Origin: a virus | Lineage: Duplodnaviria > Caudoviricetes | DNA: 64,000 bases | Virus record (IMG/VR): IMGVR_UViG_3300021387_000072 | Location: 62,029-126,028 of that record | Reading direction: 5' to 3' (one strand) | Shown: piece by piece, positions 13,647 to 22,882 of the stretch | Layout of the letters: every line of letters starts with the position of its first letter | How positions within the stretch are numbered: position 1 is the stretch's first letter | Program-made: the position numbers and the translations under genes | Notes under the pieces: generated by a model | What the model was told of the DNA's origin: nothing | What the model saw: the letters and a program-made list of their open reading frames with translations, nothing else | The model's database searches: none

Positions 13647-16502
13647 GAGAAGCCCATCGAGGGAGAAGCAAAACAGACCACGGACAATATGGAGGTGGTT
13701 CTGTTGCCGAAGAAAAGTTACTTGTCAGAGCAAATCTACTTAATGTCCCTGACCACAAGTGATTTGTTCACAAATGAGGAATGGGAGGTATACCAAAGAA
13801 TATGTCAACGTAGCAATGAGATCGATTATGAAGATGAACAACTGAAGAACGACAAACTCCATGACCCGTCCCTGAGACTGCAGAAGATCGCAGAGAAGAA
13901 AAGCGCTCAGAAAGAGCTTGACGAACTTATTGCATCGCATCAGGGAAAACCAAGACAAGTAAGACTTGAAAGCATAGTAGACACCAGAAAGACCAACAAA
14001 AGAATACCAAACGGCATAACATGGGAAATATTAAAGCCATCCAGAAAAATTGCTGAGTTCTCATCTGAGATGAGTCGCGCCATGAACCTCCAGAATAAGG
14101 ACGTAACTTTTGATAAAGTCGTTCTTAAATGGAAGTCAGAGGACATACTCAAGCAGGTTATACTGGATGGCTTTGATGTACCGGTTATAAACGACAAGAA
14201 TGAAGTCGTAAACAAGCATTACATATTTGTTACGGCAAGTGCAGGACAATTGAGGACTGACAGAGTATCCTGCTTCGAAGAAAATGAATGGAAAAGGATC
14301 AGTCCAAGAATCATGTGCGGCCTCACCTTTGATGAAATCAACAGACGAGGCGGCATAAACGTAAATAAGCTTCTTGCTTATATTGCGCTGGCAAGCAGTG
14401 CAACGATACCATGGCTTGACTTCGATATTGACAGATCCATCGTAATAGATGACTTTGAAGCACCGGTTACTGCTGAATCTTATTATATTGATAAGCAATA
14501 TAACATTAAGAAAGGCATTAACACGACAATCATCAATCATATTGACGGATGCGGAATGATGCTTCCATGCGTAATGAGAAAAAATACGATGGTCAGATTG
14601 CCTTTTATTAAGGGCCTCTTGGCTAGCTTTGACTACATAAAGTTCTGTGAGGTTAATAAATGCGAAGCAAAGATCAAAGACTTGTACGGCGTTGAACATG
14701 ACCTGATTAAAGAGAATATTCAGATTATCTTCACGAAAAGTCAGTTCAAACTGTGGAAGTATTACGATTCATGGGATCATTACAAGAAATGCTTCAAGGA
14801 AAACAATTGCCAGGCTTGTTACACAAATATGGAAGAAGATTATTTCCCGGACAAGAATCTCTGCTATCAGTTTATACAGACTCTGGTAGACTTCAAAGAC
14901 GAGGAAATAGACGAATTTACCAGTGAAACTTACGAGAAAATCAAAAGTATAGCCACAAATCAGGAATCAATGCTGAGATGCCTTAAAGCAGATGAGGACT
15001 CCGAAGATGCTTATAAAAGGTGTCTTTCTTTGTATCCGGAACTACTGCGTGAAGCATATACAAAACAGACAATCAAAGATATCAAGAAGAAATGGACGCT
15101 CGATGCGAAGTCAGGAAGAATAAGACGGGACGGTAAAAGATTGTTTGCTATACCGGACTGGTATGCTGCATGTGAATATTACTTTCTCGGCATAAAGGAA
15201 CCTGAAGGACTTCTGAAAGCGGATGAGGTAGCCTGTAAGATTTACAGAAATAGAGATGTGGTAGACTGCCTCAGATCACCTCATCTTTACATGGAACATG
15301 CTCTCCGTAAGGTTGTGAAGGATCAGAATATCTACAACTGGTTCTATACCAACGGTATTTATACCAGTGTAAAAGATTCTATCACAAAAATCCTGGCATT
15401 CGATTGCGACGGAGACCAAATACATGTGCTTGCTGATCCGCTGATCATCAATATAGCAGAGAGAAATATTGAGAAAATGAAAATACTTCCTCTGTTCTTT
15501 GATCTTGGCAAAGCAGGCAACCACGAGCTTTCCAGACTTGAATTCTTTGAAGGTGTAAGACGCGCACACGAATATAGCGGCATCGGTCAGGTAAGCAATT
15601 CCCTGACAAAGTTATGGAATAGCACAAAACCTGATACAGATTCGGCAGCGTTGTTAACTTATTTTAACAATGTGGTCATTGATGCCGCCAAAACAGGTGA
15701 CTATAACACATACGAAAAGTATCCGGCAATCAAGAAGAAGGTCAACAAAGCCATAGGCGGTAAGAATAATAAGATGCCATACTTCTTCCAGTTCTCAAAG
15801 AATGGAAGAAGGTTTCTTAATGTTCCGAAGTCTGAACGCAAGGAATATCTTAAACCAAACGACAGCACTATGAACCGCATATGTGCAAAGTTTGACAGCA
15901 TAGGCAATATCAATATGAATTTTGCCAATGTACCGCCACTGAATTGGCAGATGTTGATCATGGATGATAAGACAGAATACATCCAGAAAGCTGTAGAGAT
16001 ATTCGTTGAACTCGACAATGAAGGAAAGAGCATTATTGTATCCACAAAGCAGGAAGAAACCGATAAGAGCGAACAGAAGCTGGCTACGATTATTGATTTC
16101 GTTAAGCAGGATATAGAAAGTGAGCTTATAAAGAATTTCGGTTCACTTGAGAAGTGTTATCCATCCATTGTGAAGTATCTCTTTGCCGGTCAGAATGCCA
16201 ACAAGGTATCGCATAAGCAAATGTTTTGGAAATTATTCGGTGATATAGCTGAAAGGAACATCGAAGAGAACCTGAAAACATATACCATATGCGATAACTG
16301 CGGCATGAAAATACCATCATGGACAAACAATCACAGCTGTCCAAAGAATGCAACAGGCTTCTATGAATGCTGTGACTGCGGAGCATGGTGTGAGAGAACC
16401 AACTCAAGAGAGATTCGATGTGCAGACTGCAATGCGGAATACAGAGCGTTGCAGAACAGATTAAGCCATAAGAAAAGATATATACCAAGAAAAAAGAAAT
16501 AA
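13638..16502 (+). CDS. YonO-like single-subunit RNA polymerase (double-psi barrel, RdRP-related); true start may be TTG at 13704
   Basis: ASAGQLR, DGCGMMLP, RLPFIKG, LRSPHLY, catalytic FDCDGD, IDAAKT, C-terminal Zn ribbons; GGAGGTG precedes TTG 13704. Confidence 0.85.
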   Translation: MGEEKPIEGEAKQTTDNMEVVLLPKKSYLSEQIYLMSLTTSDLFTNEEWEVYQRICQRSNEIDYEDEQLKNDKLHDPSLRLQKIAEKKSAQKELDELIASHQGKPRQVRLESIVDTRKTNKRIPNGITWEILKPSRKIAEFSSEMSRAMNLQNKDVTFDKVVLKWKSEDILKQVILDGFDVPVINDKNEVVNKHYIFVTASAGQLRTDRVSCFEENEWKRISPRIMCGLTFDEINRRGGINVNKLLAYIALASSATIPWLDFDIDRSIVIDDFEAPVTAESYYIDKQYNIKKGINTTIINHIDGCGMMLPCVMRKNTMVRLPFIKGLLASFDYIKFCEVNKCEAKIKDLYGVEHDLIKENIQIIFTKSQFKLWKYYDSWDHYKKCFKENNCQACYTNMEEDYFPDKNLCYQFIQTLVDFKDEEIDEFTSETYEKIKSIATNQESMLRCLKADEDSEDAYKRCLSLYPELLREAYTKQTIKDIKKKWTLDAKSGRIRRDGKRLFAIPDWYAACEYYFLGIKEPEGLLKADEVACKIYRNRDVVDCLRSPHLYMEHALRKVVKDQNIYNWFYTNGIYTSVKDSITKILAFDCDGDQIHVLADPLIINIAERNIEKMKILPLFFDLGKAGNHELSRLEFFEGVRRAHEYSGIGQVSNSLTKLWNSTKPDTDSAALLTYFNNVVIDAAKTGDYNTYEKYPAIKKKVNKAIGGKNNKMPYFFQFSKNGRRFLNVPKSERKEYLKPNDSTMNRICAKFDSIGNINMNFANVPPLNWQMLIMDDKTEYIQKAVEIFVELDNEGKSIIVSTKQEETDKSEQKLATIIDFVKQDIESELIKNFGSLEKCYPSIVKYLFAGQNANKVSHKQMFWKLFGDIAERNIEENLKTYTICDNCGMKIPSWTNNHSCPKNATGFYECCDCGAWCERTNSREIRCADCNAEYRALQNRLSHKKRYIPRKKK

Positions 16503-16515
16503 AGGTTTTGACGAT

Positions 16516-17076
16516 ATGTATTTTCTTGCAATAGTAGGTGACCCGGATATCAAGGTTGGCAACTGGGTTCCATCCTACGTTCTGTGTAGGACGAAGGTAA
16601 CGTCCGAACACAGAACTGGATGGAGAGTCATAGACGCGAACGGTAAGTTCCGTGACCATCCAAAGATTCTGGTGAAGACAATAGATGACAAAGATTATAT
16701 GATTGATTTTCTGAGTAAATTCAGAACCCGCAAACACAGGCACGACAGTAAGAAGTATAGAAAGAAGAATACTAAGAAGTTTTATCCTTCCGGTATGCTG
16801 TGCTGGTTTGAATGCGACAGATATGGAAGATCTACAGGCCAGGTAATTCTTATAAAGAGAGTACCTGATATGTCTCTCAAACGTGAAGGCATGGACTGTG
16901 GTAAGAAGATTCTGGAAAACCATCAGAACAAGATTCCAAACGCAAAAGAGATATTCAATCATACAGATAGCATTCTGCTTGCGGAATCTGGTGTCAAATG
17001 CCAGATTCCGCAGAAGATAAAGAAAAAGAAGCAATGGAATCCATGGCTTTTTAGAAAGGAAAATACTTATGGGTGA
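16516..17076 (+). CDS. Hypothetical basic protein
   Basis: 186-aa ORF in operon. Confidence 0.7.
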   Translation: MYFLAIVGDPDIKVGNWVPSYVLCRTKVTSEHRTGWRVIDANGKFRDHPKILVKTIDDKDYMIDFLSKFRTRKHRHDSKKYRKKNTKKFYPSGMLCWFECDRYGRSTGQVILIKRVPDMSLKREGMDCGKKILENHQNKIPNAKEIFNHTDSILLAESGVKCQIPQKIKKKKQWNPWLFRKENTYG

Positions 17077-17848
17077 AATGTTGTATAATTTTACGATTAA
17101 TAGTACCACAACAGATGGCAATCAGTTGAATTACCTGAACGGAATCAATGCTCTGGAGGAACTCTGGAATAATAAAATTACAGATGGACCTCTCCTTACG
17201 CTGGATAACACAGCAGGCAAGTCCGATTTCTCCAGGGTGAACAATAAAACAGGCAAAGACGGCGATGGAGATTACTATGACTCCTCCAAGCTGATGTATC
17301 CGTATTCGAATATCTCAATACCGGCATACAAAATCATTATGAATCCAAGTCTGTTTGAACCAATGAAGGAAGAAAAATCCTTTCCTCCAATTCCTGAACT
17401 CATTCGTCAGAATGGACCTGCAACCATCGTCCACTGGACTGATGGAACAAAGACCACAGTCAAGATGTGCAAAGAAGATAAGGAAGCCAATGCAGAAAAC
17501 AATATCTACACCGCATTCTGTATCGCCTTTGCAAAGAAATGCTTCGGAACAAACTCCATGCTTCACAGAATCGTAGATTATTGTGACGAGGAGAATGTTC
17601 TCGAACGCAAGGCAAAGCTTGAAAAGGAAGCAAAGGAACGCGCTGCCAGAATCGCTGAGAAGAGGCGTATGCGCAGAATTAAGAAGAAGGCAAAACAAAT
17701 CTCGGAACTTGGCGATGCTTATGTATATCTGGCAAAGAAAGATCTTGGGTCAATCGCGTCCAGCATGAAGAGCAAAGGCAGTTCTGATGACGAGATAGCC
17801 AAGGAAATTGATGATCTTGTCAAAGAAATACTCGGAGGAAAGAAATAA
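17069..17848 (+). CDS. Phage hypothetical protein
   Basis: NGPATIVHWTDGTKTTVK motif seen in phage proteins; coupled to neighbours. Confidence 0.7.
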   Translation: MGEMLYNFTINSTTTDGNQLNYLNGINALEELWNNKITDGPLLTLDNTAGKSDFSRVNNKTGKDGDGDYYDSSKLMYPYSNISIPAYKIIMNPSLFEPMKEEKSFPPIPELIRQNGPATIVHWTDGTKTTVKMCKEDKEANAENNIYTAFCIAFAKKCFGTNSMLHRIVDYCDEENVLERKAKLEKEAKERAARIAEKRRMRRIKKKAKQISELGDAYVYLAKKDLGSIASSMKSKGSSDDEIAKEIDDLVKEILGGKK

Positions 17849-18579
17849 TGTCGAAGAACAGATTTTTGATGCTCAGTACCATTGACTGCAAAGATCATAT
17901 TGAAATAATTAAGCAAAAGAACAAAGACGGTACTATAAAAGAACTCAGTTACCTGTCATGGGCATGGGCATGGATGGAATTCAAAAAGATCTTCCCCAAG
18001 TCCTACTATACAGTATATGAAAATCCAGAAGGAAACATCTATTACACAGATGGAAAAACCTGCTGGGTAAAGACCGGTGTCACACTGGTGGATGATGACC
18101 CTGACGATCCATTCGAACAGGAACTCATCGAACGTCTGTATATCATGGACTACAAGAATGACAGTATCCCTCTTGAAAGGGTTACTAGTAAGGACGTTAA
18201 CACAACAATTCAGCGCTCTATTACCAAAGCAATCGCAAGGCATGGACTTGGAACCTACATCTATGCAGGTGAAGATATCCCCATGGAGACAGACGAGATG
18301 AAGGAAAAGCGTCTGGAAGAGGAAAAGAAGAAGGCGGCAATTGCTGAACAGCTTGACGTGCTTCGCAAGTCCATTACAGCCAGCGGCAAGGCAATAACGG
18401 CAGATATGAGTTTGGCAGAGAAAGCGGAATTCTTCCAGGATGTATTCAGTTCCACCATTGGTATGACGAATCACATGCTGTGCGAAGATGTGGAGAAACT
18501 GAAGACTCTCGATAACATACTTAAGGAAAAGCTTGCATCAACACCTAAAACCAAGAAAACCAAGAAGACAGCAGAATAA
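17848..18579 (+). CDS. Sak/DUF1071 single-strand annealing protein (Rad52-like)
   Basis: LSYLSWAWAW, TDGKTCWVKTGVT, IQRSITKAIARHGLGTYIYAGED. Confidence 0.9.
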   Translation: MSKNRFLMLSTIDCKDHIEIIKQKNKDGTIKELSYLSWAWAWMEFKKIFPKSYYTVYENPEGNIYYTDGKTCWVKTGVTLVDDDPDDPFEQELIERLYIMDYKNDSIPLERVTSKDVNTTIQRSITKAIARHGLGTYIYAGEDIPMETDEMKEKRLEEEKKKAAIAEQLDVLRKSITASGKAITADMSLAEKAEFFQDVFSSTIGMTNHMLCEDVEKLKTLDNILKEKLASTPKTKKTKKTAE

Positions 18580-18593
18580 GGAGATAAAAAACA

Positions 18594-18995
18594 ATGGCAG
18601 CTTATGTATTCTTTAATGGAAATCTTACCAAGGACCCTGTGCAGAGGACAGTTAGCGATCGTACTGTGACCACCTTCTCCGTGGCAACTGATACCACAAG
18701 AAAGGATCAGGCCGGGAAGTACATCACCAACTTCTTTGATGTTTCTGTCTGGGGTAATTCTGGTAACTATGTGATGAACAATGCTGAAAAGGGTACCAAT
18801 GTAAACGTCATCGGTGAACTCACTGTAGAAGACTACACAGATAAGAATGGTGTTGCTCGCAAGGCTGTGAGGATTACTGCAAATAATGTGCAGATCCTCG
18901 CAAGGAAGAAGTCTGCAGGCGGCGAAGCATCAGGCTCCAAGGCAGAAAGCAAAGTCGAAGAGGCAACTCAGTCAAAGAACGACCTCCCATTCTAA
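18594..18995 (+). CDS. ssb: Single-stranded DNA-binding protein 2
   Basis: GNLTKDP, FSVAT, FFDVSVWG, KGTNVNVIGEL, C-terminal DLPF. Confidence 0.93.
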   Translation: MAAYVFFNGNLTKDPVQRTVSDRTVTTFSVATDTTRKDQAGKYITNFFDVSVWGNSGNYVMNNAEKGTNVNVIGELTVEDYTDKNGVARKAVRITANNVQILARKKSAGGEASGSKAESKVEEATQSKNDLPF

Positions 18996-19009
18996 GGATA
19001 TGACTGCAA

Positions 19010-20854
19010 GTGGAAGTATCTCTGGAATATGCAATCATAGACTTTGCTGATAAATATCTGGGTGAATACAGGATTAAACGTGATGAACTCATACCAACTT
19101 ACTGCCCGTACTGTGATGGCGGCAAGTACAGAGATAAAGAAACATTTGCAATAAACCTTGATACTGGTACATGGAATTGCATGCGCGGGAAGTGCGGAAA
19201 GACAGGCACTTTCCGCGCATTATGTAATGACTTCGCTCAAGGTGAATACAAAATAAATAGAATGGAGAAAAAAACAATGTCTAAAGTGGAATATTATGAC
19301 CTCCCAGAAGTGGATATCCTTGATCGTACAGATGAAGTGAACAAGTATTTTGCCTCTAGAAGAATTAGTGAAGAAACATTAGATGCTTTTGGAATCGGTT
19401 GTGATGAACATGGCAACATTGTTTTCCCGTTCTATCGGAACAACGTGCTTACCTATGTTAAGTACCGCAAACCGTGCAAACATGATAAAGCATCCCGTAC
19501 TCCTAAAGAATGGCAGATTAGCAACACAGAACCTATTCTCTTCGGTATGGACAATGTATCTTTCCAGAAGAAGCTCTATATCACAGAAGGACAGATTGAT
19601 GCTCTGAGCCTGTATGAAGCTGGCATCACCAACGTTGTGTCTGTTCCTTGCGGCTGTGATAATATGGAATGGATTGAAACTTGCAAGGATTGGCTTGAGA
19701 ATTTCTCTGAGATCGTCATCTTCGGAGATAACGATGAACCTGGTATCAGGATGCAGCGCTCTGTCATGAAGCGTCTTGGCGACGATGTGTGCATGCTTCC
19801 TCCTGAATACCCTGAACTGATCTATGATGGCAATGATTATGGCAGACTTTGCAAGGATGCCAATGAGATCCTTATCGCATACGGCGAAGAAGAACTGTAT
19901 AACATCGCCGAACGTTGCGAGCCTGCTCCTATTAGGGGTCTCATTAAGCTCAGCAGTGTAAAGTATGTTGATCCAAGTCTTAAGCCTGTGCTGAGCACTG
20001 GTGTTCAGGATCTTGATCTGAGCATTGGCGGCTTCGGTTATGGTGACCTGGTTGTGGTGTCAGGTGGGCGTGGATCCGGTAAGTCTACTATCACTGGCAA
20101 GTTCCTGCTCAATGCGGTTGATGAAGGTATCTCTGTATGTGCTTACAGCGCAGAACTCAGTGCTTCCAGCTTCCTTAACAGCATCGTGCTTCAGGCAACT
20201 GAACGCAAGTATGTTGAGTATCGCAGGAGCAAGCTCACCGGTAAGAACTATCCTGTTGTCTCTGATGAAATTCAGGAACGCATTCAGAACTGGCTTGGCG
20301 ATAAGTTCATCCTGTATGATAATCAAGATTGGGATGACGATGATTTCAGCACTCCCGTCGAAGACAAGATGCTCAGACTCTTCAAGGCTGCTGTGAAGCG
20401 GTATCATGCAAAGGTATTCCTCGTAGATAACCTGATGACCCTTGCCAGCGGACGTGAAGATGAGCTTGCCGCTCAGACGAAGATCACTCTGATGTTGAAG
20501 AAGTTCGCCGTAAAGTATGGCGTTATTGTTCTGCTTGTGGCGCATCCAAGGAAAACCAAGCCCGGTATGGCTATGACCAATGATGATGTGGCAGGCTCTG
20601 CCAATATCACCAATCTGGCTGACACCGTGCTGAATATTGAACGTCCTAATATCCGTGTTATGAAGAACAGACTCGATGGAGATCTGAACCTGATCTATTG
20701 TGATTACGATCCCACCAATAAGCGTATCTTCCAGAGCAATATGGGCGATACCAAGGTGTATGGCTGGGATCATACTGGCATCAAGGAACCCAAGTATCAG
20801 GCTATGAACCTCAAGGAGTTTGCAATTATTCACAATAATGACCAACCTATTTAA
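19010..20854 (+). CDS. Bifunctional primase-helicase (T7 gp4/Twinkle-like)
   Basis: CPYC..C Zn finger, TOPRIM EGQID and DNDEPG, Walker A GGRGSGKS, VDNL, VAHPRK. Confidence 0.92.
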   Translation: MEVSLEYAIIDFADKYLGEYRIKRDELIPTYCPYCDGGKYRDKETFAINLDTGTWNCMRGKCGKTGTFRALCNDFAQGEYKINRMEKKTMSKVEYYDLPEVDILDRTDEVNKYFASRRISEETLDAFGIGCDEHGNIVFPFYRNNVLTYVKYRKPCKHDKASRTPKEWQISNTEPILFGMDNVSFQKKLYITEGQIDALSLYEAGITNVVSVPCGCDNMEWIETCKDWLENFSEIVIFGDNDEPGIRMQRSVMKRLGDDVCMLPPEYPELIYDGNDYGRLCKDANEILIAYGEEELYNIAERCEPAPIRGLIKLSSVKYVDPSLKPVLSTGVQDLDLSIGGFGYGDLVVVSGGRGSGKSTITGKFLLNAVDEGISVCAYSAELSASSFLNSIVLQATERKYVEYRRSKLTGKNYPVVSDEIQERIQNWLGDKFILYDNQDWDDDDFSTPVEDKMLRLFKAAVKRYHAKVFLVDNLMTLASGREDELAAQTKITLMLKKFAVKYGVIVLLVAHPRKTKPGMAMTNDDVAGSANITNLADTVLNIERPNIRVMKNRLDGDLNLIYCDYDPTNKRIFQSNMGDTKVYGWDHTGIKEPKYQAMNLKEFAIIHNNDQPI

Positions 20855-20911
20855 GTGACTGGAAAGATAGAATGCAACGATGAACTCTAGTCGGAAGGAG
20901 TTTATCCGAAC

Positions 20912-22090
20912 ATGAAAGACCTTATTGCAAAAGAAAACGACGAATCAGTCGAGGAATATCTCTGGAGAATCGGAAATAAAAAGATGAACAATGAGTTGAC
21001 TTGCAGATGGGATGAAATTGCCATGCAGGTCAACTCATTGTTTGATTTGGATTTCTCAGAATCATATTGGCGAAAGAAATATAAACGTCTTGCTTCGGCC
21101 TACAAACAGGCCAAGCAAGACGTTCTTTCTGAAGATGATATTGATTATGATATCTTTGAACAGAAGATGACAGTGTATCTGCGGGATGAGAAAACTGAAT
21201 ACAGAAAGTACATCAGAAGCGAAGCCCGTCAGGAACGATTCTATAACAGGCTTATAGAAGTTATCAAAGTTAAAGAGCCTCCAGAGATCAAACATGAATA
21301 CAAGATATCAGACAGCAAAACTTCTCTCTATGTTTTGCTGTCTGATATTCATTATGGATTAAGTTTCGATAATGTATTTGCCAAGTACAATGAAAATGTA
21401 GCTGAAGACAGAATTCTGAATTACGCAAATGAGATAGTACATATCGGCAAAAAGACAAACTGTTGCCAAAATGCATTGTATGTTTCCTTTTTGGGTGACC
21501 TTATAAGCGGAGGCATACATCCATTAATTAAGCTGGAAAACCAGGAAGATATAGTACATCAAACCATAGGCATATCAGAATTGCTTGCAAGATTTATAGA
21601 AATACTGGCTTCAAATTTCAAAGAAGTTTACATCAACAGTGTGAGCGGGAACCATTCAAGGATTGAACCAAACAAAGACCATGCTCCGAAAGGAGAACGT
21701 CTTGATGTGATTGTGGAATGGTACTGCAAAGCCACACTCAGTAAGTTTTCGAATGTTCATTTTGTAGACAGCCCGGATGATACGTTTGCAGAATTTGATA
21801 TATACAATAAAAAATACTTGGCTATCCATGGAGATTACGATAAGAACTATCAGAAAACCATATCAAAAATAGCGTCTGCCTTAAACAAAAAAATAGACTA
21901 TGTTGTTTCAGGTCATCTTCATATACCTCATATTATCTTCGATAAAATGTCTCTGATACAGAATGGTGCAGTTGTTACAGGCGGTGACGAATATACGCTG
22001 AAGAACCGTATGTTTGGACCAGCCTATCAGCTTGTTCTTGCTGTGTCAGAAAATGGAGTAGATGCTGTTTATCCTGTAAAACTGGGGTGA
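20912..22090 (+). CDS. Calcineurin-like metallophosphoesterase
   Basis: SDIHYG, GDLISG, GNHSR, IHGD, GHLH. Confidence 0.88.
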   Translation: MKDLIAKENDESVEEYLWRIGNKKMNNELTCRWDEIAMQVNSLFDLDFSESYWRKKYKRLASAYKQAKQDVLSEDDIDYDIFEQKMTVYLRDEKTEYRKYIRSEARQERFYNRLIEVIKVKEPPEIKHEYKISDSKTSLYVLLSDIHYGLSFDNVFAKYNENVAEDRILNYANEIVHIGKKTNCCQNALYVSFLGDLISGGIHPLIKLENQEDIVHQTIGISELLARFIEILASNFKEVYINSVSGNHSRIEPNKDHAPKGERLDVIVEWYCKATLSKFSNVHFVDSPDDTFAEFDIYNKKYLAIHGDYDKNYQKTISKIASALNKKIDYVVSGHLHIPHIIFDKMSLIQNGAVVTGGDEYTLKNRMFGPAYQLVLAVSENGVDAVYPVKLG

Positions 22091-22094
22091 GTTT

Positions 22095-22868
22095 ATGTCA
22101 TTGGTTGAAGAAGGACATGTGTACAGCTATAGCCAGCTGACTACATTCTGTGAGTGTCCTTATTCTTTTTATATACAGAAGATAGAGAAGCAGAAACCGG
22201 TAGGCAATGCGTTTGCATCTCTCGGAAGTCTGGTTCATGCGCTCATAGATGAATGGGCTACAGGTCTTATTCCTGCTGAAGATCTTCCTGCGGAATACGA
22301 AAGAAGATATAAGGAAGCTGTGCCTGAAGCATGGCCCAGGATGCTTGAGTCAAAAGGGTATTCACAGAAAGCATACAATACATGCCTTGATTATTTTGTA
22401 AACTTTGATCAGTTTAAAGATTACAGAATACTCGGAACAGAAACCAAGTACAGATCAACCATCAACGGAAGACCTTTCGTTGGTGTTGTCGATATGATAC
22501 TTGAAGATAAGATGACCGGACAACTGATTATACTTGATCATAAAAGCAAGAGTCTGAAAGAATTCAAAAAGAACGAAGATGAAATGTATAAACAGCAGTA
22601 CCTTTATTCTCAATATGTTCATGATGAATATGGTAAGTGGCCTGATCTTCTGGGCTTTAATCTCTTTAAGGAAAACGGACTCAAAACATTCAGGGATTTT
22701 CAGAAGGAAAGGTTTGTAGAAGTTTATACATGGGCCGCAGATACAATCGAGAAGATTGAGAATGCGGACCTGTTTGATTTCTTCCAGACAATAAACAGTA
22801 AATCCAATTTTTACTGCACAGAACTCTGCAATTGCAGAAAGATCTGTCCGAAAGGACAGGGAAGATAA
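22095..22868 (+). CDS. PD-(D/E)XK nuclease (RecB/Cas4-like)
   Basis: YSYSQL..FCECP, GSLVH, GVVD..IILDHKS, Q..LY, C-terminal Cys cluster. Confidence 0.88.
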   Translation: MSLVEEGHVYSYSQLTTFCECPYSFYIQKIEKQKPVGNAFASLGSLVHALIDEWATGLIPAEDLPAEYERRYKEAVPEAWPRMLESKGYSQKAYNTCLDYFVNFDQFKDYRILGTETKYRSTINGRPFVGVVDMILEDKMTGQLIILDHKSKSLKEFKKNEDEMYKQQYLYSQYVHDEYGKWPDLLGFNLFKENGLKTFRDFQKERFVEVYTWAADTIEKIENADLFDFFQTINSKSNFYCTELCNCRKICPKGQGR

Positions 22869-22882
22869 ATTAGATAAGAGGT

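Noticed and set aside
12879-13762. ORFs 12879-13133, 13440-13622 and 13526-13762
   Set aside because: They overlap the structured RNA units, lack good RBSs and read through GC hairpins, so they are likely spurious.
22095-22868. Cas4 as evidence of a CRISPR system
   Set aside because: It is a stand-alone PD-(D/E)XK nuclease within a replication operon, which is common in phages.
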